DNA of 64,000 bases from the human T2T-CHM13v2.0 reference genome, Homo sapiens, in the NCBI GenBank assembly GCA_009914755.4, contig CP068257.2:17984001-18048000 (forward strand). Direction: 5' to 3'. Under the pieces are notes generated by a model, which ran no database searches, was not told the DNA's origin, and saw only the letters and a list, made by a program, of their open reading frames with translations. Positions 53,881 through 64,000 of the stretch are shown one piece after another. Both the position numbers and the translations under genes were made by a program. Positions within the stretch are counted from its first letter, which is position 1; each line of letters starts with the position of its first letter.

Positions 53881-55430
53881 TCCTCGCTGGTTCAATTTCC
53901 ATGTAGTTGTGTGGTTTTGAGTGAGTTTCTTCATCTTGAGTTCTAATTTGATTGCACTGTGGCCTGAGGGACTGTTTGTTATTATTTCTGTTTTTTGATT
54001 GTTTCTTTGTTTTGCATTTCCTAAGGAGTGTTTTACTTCCAATTTTAGAGTATGTGCTATGTGGCACTGAGAATAATGTATATTCTGTTGTTTTGGGGTA
54101 GAAAGTTCTGTAGATATCTATTAGGTCCAGAGCTCAATTAAAGTCTGAATATCCTTGTTAATTTTTCATCACATTATTCTTGTGTTGGAGTCTAAGTCTC
54201 TTTGGAGGTCTCTAATAATTTGTTTCATGAATCCGGGTGCTGATATATTGGGTGCATATATTTTTAGGATAGATAGTTCTTTTTGTTGAATTAATCCCCT
54301 TACCTTTATATAATGTCCTTCTTTGTCTTTTTTTGACCTTTGTTGGTTTAAATTCTGTTTTGTCAGAAACTAGGATCGCAACCCCTGCTTTTTCCTGCTT
54401 TCTATTTGCTTGATAAATTTTCCTCCATCCCTTTATCTTGAGCCTATATGTGTCTTTACACATGAGATGCGTCTTGAATACAGTACATCAGTAAGTCTTG
54501 ACTCTTTATCCAATTCTCCATTGTGTGTTTTTTAACTGCAGCATGTAGCTCATTTACATCTAAGGTTAATATTGTTATGTGTGAATTTGATCCTGTCATT
54601 ATGATACTAAATGGTTATTTTGCACACTAGTTAATGCAGATTCTTCATAATGTCACTGGTCTTTGTATTTTGGTATGTTTTTGCAGTGGCTGGTACCAGT
54701 TTTTCCTTCCCATATTTAGTGCTTCTTTCAGGAGCTCTTGCAAGGCAGACCTGGTGGTGACGAATTCCCTCAGCATTTGCTTGGCTGAAAAGGATTTTAT
54801 TTCCCCTTCACTTATGAAGCTTTGTTTGGCCAGATATGATATTCTCGGTTGAAAATTGGCCCCTACTGTCTTCTGGCTTGTAGCATTCCTGCTGAGAGAT
54901 CCGCTCTTAATCTGATGGGCATCCCTTTGGAGGTAACCTGGACTTTCCCTCTGGCTGCCCTTAATATTTTTTCCTTCATTTGGACCTTGGAGAACCTGAT
55001 GATTATGTGTGCTGGGGTTGATCTTCTTGAGGATTACCTTGGTGGAGTTCTCTGTATTTCCTGAATTTAAATGTTGGTCTATCAATCTAGGTTGAGGAAG
55101 TTCTCCTGGATGATATCCTGAAGGTTGTTTTCCAACTTGGTTCCATTCTCTCCATACTCCAATTATTGTATGTTCATTCTTTTTACATAGTCCCATAATT
55201 CTTGGAGGTTTTGTTCATTATTGTTTATTCTTTCTCTAATCTTGTCTGCTTTATTTCAGCAAGGTAGTCTTCAAACTCTGATATTCTTTCTTCTGCTTGG
55301 TCAGTTTGGCTATTGATACTTGTGTAGGCTTCATGAAGTTCTCATGCTGTGTTTTTCACCTCCATCAGGTCATTTATGTTCTTCTCTAAACTGGTTATTC
55401 TAGTTAGCAACTCCTGTAACCTGTTATTGT
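53881..55430 (-). mobile_element. Older L1 LINE (L1PA7-L1PB-like), minus strand, part A: ORF2 N-terminal ~690 nt, inter-ORF, ORF1 C-terminal two-thirds. It is 3'-truncated at 53880 and interrupted by an ERV at about 55430.
   Basis: Minus-strand track ORFs 53807-54067 (..HSTYSKIGSKTLLRKCKTKK…, ORF2p), 54212-54463 (CKDTYRLKIKGWRKIYQANRKQEKAGVAILVSDKTEFKPTKVKK, the ORF2p EN domain) and 54645-55196 (183 aa: …NATSQKTVGANFQPRISYLAKQSFISEGEIKSFSAKQMLREFVTTRSALQELLKEALNMGRKNWYQPLQKHTK, the ORF1p C-terminal half). The nucleotide sequence follows the reverse complement of L1. Confidence 0.8.
54645..55196 (-). pseudogene. L1 ORF1p C-terminal half (RRM + CTD) open reading frame remnant. It is part of the interrupted L1 and lacks its N-terminus.
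   Basis: The 183-aa track ORF has strong similarity to L1 ORF1p (…PRISYPAKLSFISEGEIK.F.DKQMLR.FVTTRPAL.ELLKEALNME..N.YQPLQ.H.K). Confidence 0.8.
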
Positions 55431-56632
55431 TATAGGAGTTATTAAGAAATTATTTTAGGCAGATAGAGAGAAAAAGGGGTCCTGAGAAAGTTTTCATCTC
55501 TTTTAAAGCCGTTCCAGAAATGTTTCTTAGTTTTGGCTGCTGTACTAAAGACATGGATTTGAGGCTTGCTGGGGAGAACATGGAGAACCCCCTTTACCCA
55601 CAGGTATTGGGAATGTTGGCAATGTTTGAACTGGCTTCTTTTCATGGGAAACCTCAGCATCATGTGAGGCTGGGAAAATTTCTGAGGCAACTGAGAATCT
55701 CTTACCAGGGCACACCCTGGTGTGATTCATAGGCCTCTGTACCGGACACAGACTCCGACAGCCCAGTTGGGTGTTATTAGAGCATCCTCAACTGTCCTGT
55801 GGCAAAACTCTTCTTCCTTCTCTATCTGCAGCCTCTTGCTCTTTCTTTGTGTGAAATGTGCAAGGATTTTTACACCCTAGAAAGAGTTTTCCCATTTTCC
55901 CCTGTGGTGAGGTTACTTGCTACCACTCCTCTGGAGCACACATAGCATTTCTAAGCCAACAGTGTCAACTCGTGGAAGTAAATCAGGCTTTAGGCCTCTT
56001 CTGGGAAGAGGAAATTTCTGCCTTTAGCAGTTAGGGGTAAGATGTCTCCCATAGCCAGATTTTAGTGTCGATATTGTCCGACTGGAACAATATGTAGGCC
56101 ATTCGGTTCCTACATTTCTTTAAGGCACCTATTTTGTCTCCTATTAAGACACTACTTAATTAGTAAGGGGATTTTAAATCCAGAAGTTAACCAGAACCAT
56201 TCTTCTATGAGTAAATAGTTTAGCATGGGCTATAATAGTACGATATAGAGTTCAATGTAGCACCCTTCCTCCTTAAAGGGGCCTTGCACAATTACGTGAT
56301 TTTTATTGAAATTCTTTTTTTCGGGGGGTGGGGGGAGGGGGAGGCATACAGGCCACACAAGTCTAGGAGGTCAAAGGGAAACAAAAGGCAGAGGACTAAG
56401 ACTGCTTGGGGGCAGCATGACTAAGGAACAAAAGTTTAGTTCCTCTGGTGCCATGGATTGGAGGGTCACGCCTGCTGTAATGGGCAGCACATTTAAATGG
56501 GTGCCAGGATTCAGGAGCAAAGGAGAAAAAATAGTGGAGGGGACACCCTCTACTGTTTTCGTCTCCATCCTAGATCACATACCAAAAGCAAAGAGACTAA
56601 AATACCTCTTTTATTCTCACTTCTTTTTCTAG

Positions 56633-57200
56633 ATGGGTAACAGATCATCTTCAACATGAACTCCCCTGGAGTGTATTTTGAAGTTCTGGGACTTCTTCGA
56701 CCTTGAAACTTTGAAAAAAAAAATAGCTTATTTTCTTTTGCACAAGGGTATGGCCTTTTTACTAGATCTTTGCAAGTGTTGCAAAATCAACCCAGCCCTT
56801 TCAGCAGCCATATGGGGCAGGCCCAGGGAAAATAGTTTCCCCAAATGAAAAAAGTAACTTTCAGGGAAATCATCTGAGGATTCCCTTATTTGGGGCCCCT
56901 TCAAGTCCCCTTCTCATTGCAGGGTCTTAGGCAAGTAAAGGGAGACTTGGGCCAATTTTCTGACGACCCTGATAGGTATATAGAAGCTTTTCAAAATTTA
57001 ACTCAGGTATTTGACCTCTCATGGAGGAATGTTACGGTGTTCCTCAGCCAAACCCTAACTGCAGCTAAAACAGGCAGCAGTGCAAGCAGAAGAAAATTTT
57101 GGAGATGAGCAATATGTCTCCTATAGTAGGCCAAAAGGGAAAAGAGAAAATGGGAAAGGCAAAGAAATAGGAAAAACACCATTCCCAATAGGAAAAAAAG
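56633..57200 (+). pseudogene. Retroviral gag remnant (matrix start through capsid N-terminus), interrupted by stops and frameshifts
   Basis: ATG ggtaacagatcatcttcaaca TGA, then …cccctggagtgtattttgaagttctgggacttcttcgaccttgaaactttgaaaaaaaaa (PLECILKFWDFFDLETLKKK). The 72-aa track ORF 56890-57108 carries the capsid motifs PFS…DL…KxDLGxFSDDPD…FDLSWR…LxQTLT. Confidence 0.6.
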
Positions 57201-58348
57201 GCAATATCTTTTGACAACCCTAATTGGAACCCCTTTCTATGGTGTTTTACCTTTTTTGGTGGTTTAAAATGACTTATATCTCTTTTATAATGTTCTTCCA
57301 ATCTGGAAAAAGTTCCCAACCTTAAAATGCTTGATTTAGATTTAAGCTAGGGGGAAGGGAACCCAGAAGCCTGATATGCCAGCAAAGTGGTAAAAATTTC
57401 TTACAAATGGGGCTTTTGGCTTCTCTCCCCCTGTGCAAACCAGTACAAGGGATAATAAGGATAATCATTTATATTCTCTGTAAATGTATAATTAATGAAA
57501 AAGGATTTGTGAAGTTGGTCTTAAGCTGTAGACAGTCTGGTGTGCCTTGCATGTCTTTCTGTATGGTTCTGTCAAATAAAGGGTATCTTAGGTTAGGATG
57601 GAGGCCCAGGACCCCATAAGTCTGCTGTTCAAGCCAGCCCAACAAAATAGTAACAAACTTGGCTACAGGCCTCCATCTTGTTTCATGTCCTTGGGAACAT
57701 GACCTGTAACCGTGTGGCAATACTTTGTTTTAGCCTCCACCATTTTACAATGGTGGCTGTCTTTTTCTGCTAAGTCAGTTCCTGGGTGAGGGCCACAAAA
57801 TCAGATAAGCCAGTTTATCAGTCTGGGTGGTGCCAGGTAATCCATCAAGAGCAGGGTTTACAAAATATCTTATGCACTGATTTTAAAAGCAATTTAGGGA
57901 AGGTCAAAAATCTTGCAGCCTTCAGCTGCATAGCTCCTGGGCCATAGTTTCTAATTTTATGGCTAGTTTCTTGGGCTGGTCCCCAGACAAGAGGGAAGTG
58001 TATCTTAAGAAGAGGTTGTTAACATCTTTGTTTTAGACTATAAACTGTAAAACCGGTTCCTCCCAAAGTTGGTTCCACCTATGCCCAGGGATGGACAAGG
58101 AAAGCTTGGGAGCTAGAAACAAAATGGAGTTGTTTGGGTCAGATCTCTTTCACTGTCTCAGTCACAATTTTGCAATTACTGTTTTGAAAGCTTCCTATCA
58201 CTCCTTTAAAAATACCTTGTATGCCTGTGGTTAAGTCACAATCTAATTAAAGCTTGTCAGTTTCACCTGTGACTTACTTTTTGTAAAGTTCAAAAGCAGA
58301 AAATCTTAACTGTTTGACGTGGCTAAAGTCAAATAACAAGGGATTTGA

Positions 58349-58647
<299 letters not shown>

Positions 58648-58675
58648 TCTTAAAGAGTGCTAGGCTTAATTAAAC

Positions 58676-59053
58676 ATGGGTATTCAAGTTGTAGGTATAT
58701 TTGAAAGGCTTTTATGTTTTTCTCTTCTTGGATCTTGTTTTTCTGGAAAAAGGCTCTTTTCTTCTCAGTTAAATTGGTTAATCCCTTTATTAAGCCCTCT
58801 CTTGCTTATATATCTTTTATTAATATTTGGACCCTGTATACTCAATACTATAATTTGAATTGCTTTTTCTCACCTAGAAGTAATCAAACTCCAAATGGTG
58901 CTGCAAACTGAACTACGCATGGACACGCCATTCTTCCGAGGACCCTTAGATCGACCCCAGGAGGAGTCCCAGCTGCTGTTCCCCATTCAACGCCCTTTTC
59001 AGCAGCAGGTAGCCAGAAAGAGTCGTCGCCCAAAACCCCCCAGTAGCAGTTAG
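58676..59053 (+). pseudogene. Retroviral env transmembrane-subunit C-terminal remnant (membrane anchor plus cytoplasmic tail) ending at a TAG at about 59051
   Basis: Track ORFs 58676-58858 and 58714-58911 (…NWLIPLLSPLLLIYLLLIFGPCILNTII / …KLVNPFIKPSLAYISFINIWTLYTQYYNLNCFFSPRSNQTPNGAAN), then KLQMVLQTELRMDTPFFRGPLDRPQEESQLLFPIQRPFQQQVARKSRRPKPPSSS*. This resembles the syncytin-1/ERVW env C-terminus. Confidence 0.55.
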
Positions 59054-59078
59054 GGTGACTTCTCCATAGGGGGCAAAG

Positions 59079-59719
59079 TTTTAGGAATTATTAAGAGATT
59101 ACTTTAGGCAGATAGAGAGGAAAAGGGGTCCTTAGAAATTTTTTGTCTCTTTTAAAGCAGCTCCAGAAACGTTTCTTGTCTAGCAGAAAAGCCCCGGCTC
59201 TTAAGAGCCGGCCGGCAACCTTTGATATCCAAATGCTGACCATTAGAAACTGGGTCCACCCAACATGGTGATTCCCACCGTTGTCCTCTTGCCCTTGCCT
59301 CCACATGTGCCTGGCAACATGGCTGCCCGCCGACATATCCCCACTTTTGTAGAACATCATGGCCCCCTACACTGGCATATTAAAAGGTTAGGGTGGGAGG
59401 GCCAGTTTTTTCGTGGGTGAAGTGAATGACATGCCTGGTCAAACCAATACCCTGAACCCTATACAAATCAGACACAACCTCTTCCAGCCTCCTCATATAA
59501 CTGGCTGATATGCACCGCACATGAGGTCCCCTCTCTTGGCTTTGGAGCCCCTCCTCCTTCGGTCTCTGTAGGGGGAGCTTTTCCTGCTTTCTTCTCCCTT
59601 CTTTGCTGCCTGTTAAACTCTCGGCTTCTTAGAACCACTCCACAGGTGTCCATGTCATTTTATCTAATTTGACATGAGACAAGAACCCTGGTGGTCCTCC
59701 ACTCATCAGAGCTGTATCA
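59079..59719 (+). mobile_element. ERV 3' LTR (about 640 bp) with LTR-like promoter architecture
   Basis: It follows the PPT. It contains ccaatac…tatacaaatcag, a TATA-like catataactggctgatatgc, a putative poly-A signal region ctgcctgttaaactctcggcttctt, and ends …catcagagctgtatca. Only its first ~95 bp are clearly duplicated at the 5' end of the element. Confidence 0.5.
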
Positions 59720-59726
59720 TTGTCAT

Positions 59727-61330
59727 GGGTCTTAAGTTATTTGCATTGGGTTAAAACATGCTCCTTTAGCCTCAGCAAAGTTTATTACCCACCTTCTGAA
59801 GCCTACTTCTGTCAATTTGTCCATCTCATCCTCTGTCCAGTTTGGTGCCCTTGCTAAAGAGGTGTTTCAATCATTAGGAGAAGAAGAGGCATTCTGGCCT
59901 TTGGGTTTTCAGCATTTTTTCATTGGTTCTTTCTCATCTTCATGAGTTTGTCTGGTTTTGATCGCTGAGGCTGCTGACACTTGGGTGTGGTTTTGATTGG
60001 GACTTTTTTCATTGATGCTGTTGTTGCTTTTTGTTTGTTTTTCTTTCAATAGTCAGGTTCCTCTTTTGTAGGGCTGCTGTGGTTTGCTGGGGGATCACTT
60101 CAAGCCCTATTCATCTGGTTCACTTCTGCACCTGGAGTTGTCACCTGAGGAGGCTGGAGAGCATCAAAGATGGGTGCCTCCTCCTTCCTTTGGGATCTCT
60201 GACCTTGAGGGGCAACAAGCTGATGCCAGTAGGAACACTTCTGTATATGGTGTCTGGCGACCTCTGTTGGGGTGTCTCACCCAGTTGGGGCACACAGGAA
60301 CCAGGACCCATTTAACGAAGCACTTTGGCTGTCCTTTGGTGGCGGGGCTGTGCTGTGCTGGGGGGAAATCCACTCATCTGGGCTGCCCAGATTCCTCAGA
60401 GCGAGCAGGAAGAAAGACTAAGTCTGCCAGTCCACAGAGACTACAGTCATCTCTCCTCCTAGGGGCTCAGGCCCACGGAGATCAGAATTCTATCCCTGAG
60501 CCCCTGGATGAAGTTCTTGGAGTTCCTTCAGGAGGGTCCCACCCAGTAAGGAGGGTTGTGCAAGGGTCTGACCTGAACAGGTATTCTGGCAACCATCTGC
60601 CACAGCTGGTGTGATGCACTTTGGGGAATACCTCTTGGGACCAAGCCATCCAGCTTCCCTGGCTCCAGCAGGGTAAAAGCACAGCCTGGAGCTATAGTAA
60701 TGACTGCTACCCCTACCCGAGGAAACTCAGATGGCTGAGAAAGCAGGCTGCAGCAATGATGGCAGCTGCCCCTCCCTTGGGGAGTTCTTGTCTTAGGGCA
60801 CCGCAGCAGTGGCTGCCATTCCTCCCTCAAGGAGCTCAGACAGCTTAGACAACAAACAGCAGCAGCAGTGGTGATGGCCGCCCCTCCGCCTGGGAAATCA
60901 GCAGGCTTAGGCAGATTCCAGTTGAGTGGCTATTGAGAATCTGCATTACTCTGTGGTTGGGAGCCAAGGCCCCCAGGGCATGGGCTCACAAGTGGGATTT
61001 TCTGAACTCTGGGTTGCACAGTTCTGTAGATAAAGCACATTTCCCAGGCTGGGTAGCACGGTCACTCACTGCTTCCCTTGGATCAGGGGAGGGGCTCCCC
61101 TGCCCCATGTGGCTATCAGATGGGCTGAGGCACCACCCTGCTCTTCCTTTCTCTCTGTGTGTCACACCAGCTGCCAAGCCAGTCTTGATGACAGAACCTG
61201 GATGCCTTGGTTGCTGCTGTGGGATTCACATGCTGTTTTGGTTCTTTCTGATGGAAGCCTTTGATTTCCACTGCTTCTAGTTGGCTGTCTTGGCCCAGAC
61301 CCTCCAATCTTAACTTTCATTATTTCTTCT
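59727..61330 (-). mobile_element. Older L1 LINE, minus strand, part B: ORF1 N-terminus and a long 5'UTR, continuing from 53881-55430 across the ERV insertion
   Basis: gggtcttaagttatttgcattgggttaaaacatgctcctttagcctcagcaaagtttattacccaccttctgaagcctacttctgtcaatttgtccatctcatcctctgtccagtttggtgcccttgctaaagagg… is the reverse complement of the L1 ORF1 5' region, contiguous in L1 coordinates with the ORF1 remnant at 55196-55430. Downstream …ggctgctgtggtttgctgggggatcacttcaagccctattc…gcaatgatggcagctgcccctcccttgggg…gcagcagtggtgatggccgcccctccgcctggg is the reverse complement of an older L1PA/L1PB-type 5'UTR. GC-rich track ORFs 60084-60614 and 60933-61280 lie within it and are spurious. Confidence 0.75.
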
Positions 61331-62030
61331 GTTTCATTCTTTGTTTAGCTAGGTCTGTGTTTTTGATATATATACTTTTCCTTTATATCTAGAAAAATTT
61401 CTTTTAATGTTTCTTACATGGCAGGCCTACTTGTGACAAATTTCTTCAGTTTTTGTCTAAGAAACTATTTTTGCTTCACATTTGAAGGATAATTTTCTAG
61501 ATAAAGAATTCTTGGGTTGGTGTATTTTTCTCCTCCCCTGCCTCCTCCTCCTCCTTGTCCTTCCACACTTTAAATGTTTTAATCCACCTGCCTCTTTTTT
61601 TACATGGTTTCTGACAAGAAGTCTCCTGTAATATTATCCTTGTTCTTCTATAGGTAAGGTATTATTTTTCCTTTGGCTTCTTTCAAGATTTTCTCCTCGT
61701 TTTTGGCTTCCCACAATTTTAATGATAACCTAGGTGTAGTTGAGTTTTGCTTGTTTGTTTGTTGTGTGTGTGCGTGTGTTTTGTTTGTTTGTTTTTGTTT
61801 GTTTTAGCATTTTTTCTACTCAGAGATTTTTTGATCTGGGATTGAGTGCCTATTATTAATTTTGAAAATCATCAACCATTTTACATTCAAATTTTTTTTT
61901 CTGCTCTGTTCCTTCTTGATTCTCTTTCTGGTTTTTCAAATATGTCTATGTTAATGTTACACTTTAAAAAAATGTAACAATTCTTGGATGTTCTAGGAGC
62001 CCATCAAGAATATTCTTCATTTCTACTACA
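61331..62030 (-). mobile_element. Ancient L1M LINE fragment (ORF2 N-terminal region, antisense), probably the host of the younger L1
   Basis: …ttcttacatggcaggcctacttgtgacaaatttcttcagtttttgtctaagaaactatttttgcttcacatttgaaggataattttctagataaagaattcttgggttggtgtatttttctcc… parallels the L1 antisense ORF2 segment (…cttccttcaggagctcttgtaaggcaggcctggtggtgacaaaatctc.cagcatttgcttg…ttcacttatgaagc…ctgggttgaaaattctt..). The same L1 region is present in the younger copy at about 54690-54860. Confidence 0.5.
61750..61806. repeat. (TTTG)n/(GT)n simple repeat
   Basis: cttgtttgtttgttgtgtgtgtgcgtgtgttttgtttgtttgtttttgtttgtttt. Confidence 0.7.
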
Positions 62031-62031
62031 G

Positions 62032-62150
62032 TAATTTTTTTTAAGAGACAAGTTATTGCTGTGTTGTCCTTGAACTACTGATCTCTTGGGCTCAAAGAGA
62101 TTCTTCCACTTCAGCCTCCCTAGTAGCTGAGACTACAAGTGCCTGGCTCA
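62032..62150 (-). mobile_element. Partial, diverged Alu (FRAM/AluJ-like) fragment
   Basis: gagacaagttattgctgtgttgtccttgaactactgatctcttgggctcaaagagattcttccacttcagcctccctagtagctgagactacaagtgcctggc is roughly the reverse complement of ggtctcgaactcctgggctcaagcgatcctcccacctcagcctcccgagtagctgggactacaggcg…. Confidence 0.5.
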
Positions 62151-64000
62151 GTGCTTTTTTCATTTCTAGCATATCATTTTGATTGCTTCTTAGAGTTTCC
62201 ATTATTATATTGGAGCCCTGCTGATGGAAGTACAAAGGAGTATTCCACAATCTTATGATTATATCTTAGTCTTTTAAAGGGCCTATGTCCCTGCACTTTG
62301 TGACCTTCACAAATGTTTACTACCTCTTCTGTTCTCTTGGGTGAGACAGAAAGGCAGATGGGGCTAGAATTGGCTAGAATTAGGGGATTTCCCTTCCCCT
62401 AGTTCTGCTAAGGTTCCAGCAAAGTTTCTTCTCCAAAGTTTCCTTTGGAGAGTAGACCTTTGTTATGTAGAGCACTCTGGCCATGTTTCCAAATCATAAC
62501 TTTTCCTTTCCCTGCTAGGAACACAAAGGGATCTTTGCTCTGAGAACTGTTAGAGTTCCTGAGAGTAAAACCCATATAAGTGTGGAGACCCTCTTAAGAC
62601 AGGGTCCCCCAAGAGTTTCTCCTTCTAAAGCTAGTCCACATTTTATCTCCAACAATCAATCAAAATTACCATGTAAATATGTGTAACAGTTTATGGCTTC
62701 TGCAACTCCTGCTCCAAGTAAGTTAATTTCTGCTGTGGTTCTCTGTATTTACCTATCTCTTCAGACCTTGAAATGCTGTTTTTGCCTTGTGGCATTAATT
62801 AAGTTTAAGAACAGTCATTGATTTTCAGTTTTCTTTTTCTTACGTACAGCTGAAAGTGATGATTTCTAAGCTTTTTACCAGAGCTAAAAGTACTTTCTCC
62901 ATTATTTTTAAATACAGAAACCAGAAAATATGCACGCTCTTTTTCCCCTCTAAAATAAGTGCTTTCTCAGAATATGGCATGCTACTGGTTATTATCAAAG
63001 TTTAGAATTGTTATCTTAATAAGTTTTTTCTGTATAATCAAATGAATTATTTCCCTTTTCACAGAAAGTTATTTAATAATGCTTGAAGCTTTCTGAGTAG
63101 ATTTTACTTCTTGTGTGTTATGCTACCTCTAGTGTGGACTTGATGGCTGCCTCTATACTATCCATTTAACCTGCAAACTGAGTATGTAGCAGTCTAGCAT
63201 CATCTCTAGAAATGATTCTGATTTGTCTATAATAGTTAAGTCTATTCCAGTTGGATTAGTTTAGATAATTCAATCAGACAAATCAAAAGATGCTTTCTTT
63301 TCTGGCTATGAAAAAAAAAGTATGTAACTATATTTTTCCTGGAGTAAGCCTGTTGCAGGACAAAATTTAAAAGTAGTGAATGTAAGAGATGAAAAAAAGG
63401 CCAAGAAATTATAAAATTATAATTGCCCATACCACTTCTGAAATTCTCAGTGTCTTAGCAAATACATGTTTTCAAACCCAGTGTTGGATTTTCTTTTACT
63501 AACACGAAACATATTTTTCTGACATAAAGTCTATGTCCTGAAAAAGAATGTAGAGTATAATGAATTGTGGAAACATTTTCCTGATACAAGAATATACCTG
63601 CTTTCTTAGAAAGCCTAAAATATTCAGAAGAATAATTAAAAGAATAAAAAAACTATATGAAAATATAGCAACCAAATTTAAAACACATCTATACTTTAAG
63701 ACCATTTTCCTTAATCTGAAAATGGCATTTGATACTTCATTACTTTTTATTGAATATTTTATTTTAAGCATTTTTCAATGTGATTTCAAAACAGTCATTT
63801 ATGTCACTTGGAAATCTGTTTAATATTTCTCTCTTTGGGTTTGCCATAATTTATGTACCTACAATGGTCATTTTAACAGTATAGGACAGTTAAGTTTGTT
63901 CCTATTTCTTGCTATTATAAATAACTTTGGGCCTTCTTATAGTTTATGTTTTACATCTTGTCTAGAATAGAAAACTGAATTATTGCACAGAATGTGTAAT

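Noticed and set aside
60084-61280. GC-rich track ORFs (176 aa at 60084-60614, 115 aa at 60933-61280, 100 aa minus strand at 60528-60830) as a possible gene or CpG island
   Set aside because: This region is the reverse complement of an older L1PA/L1PB-type 5'UTR (…ggctgctgtggtttgctggggga.cac…gcaatgatggcagctgcccctccc…). The open frames come from the GC-rich L1 UTR composition. They show no protein similarity that I recognise, and CpGs are sparse.

Overview
This window reads as human (primate) nuclear DNA from a gene-poor, AT-rich, CpG-depleted region, either intergenic or deep intronic. Most of what can be recognised is interspersed repeats. I found no prokaryotic-style gene system, CRISPR array, rRNA or tRNA gene, and no convincing protein-coding gene. 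The track ORFs are all 195 aa or shorter, and I read those of any length as fragments of transposable-element ORFs (L1 ORF1/ORF2, pogo/Tigger transposase, retroviral gag/env) or spurious frames inside Alu or L1 UTR sequence. Recognisable content is as follows. (1) At least ten Alu SINEs, several of them young, CpG-rich and AluY-like with clear target-site duplications. (2) Many L1 LINE fragments of different ages, including a young 5'-truncated L1PA 3' end with a 13-bp TSD and an older L1 that still carries its 5'UTR. (3) ERVL-MaLR elements: one full-length THE1-type LTR-int-LTR copy split by an Alu, one THE1/MST solo LTR, and three MLT1-like LTRs. (4) A nearly full-length Tigger1-like (pogo) DNA transposon and a MADE1 mariner MITE. 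(5) A class I endogenous retrovirus remnant with a HERV-W/HERV-9-like gag and env-TM, inserted into ORF1 of the older L1 and itself carrying an AluY. (6) Assorted microsatellites and AT-rich low-complexity tracts. The most interesting structure is the nested and rearranged repeat architecture at about 53.6-62.0 kb. There a HERV-9/W-type LTR U5 fragment abuts a 3'-truncated L1, the ERV lies inside L1 ORF1, and the L1 in turn sits in an older L1M. There is also an L1 fragment with no poly-A flanked by a perfect 14-bp direct repeat at about 17.2 kb. All family assignments come from reading consensus-like motifs by eye and from memory. They should be confirmed with RepeatMasker/Dfam. Coordinates are approximate, to about 10-30 bp.
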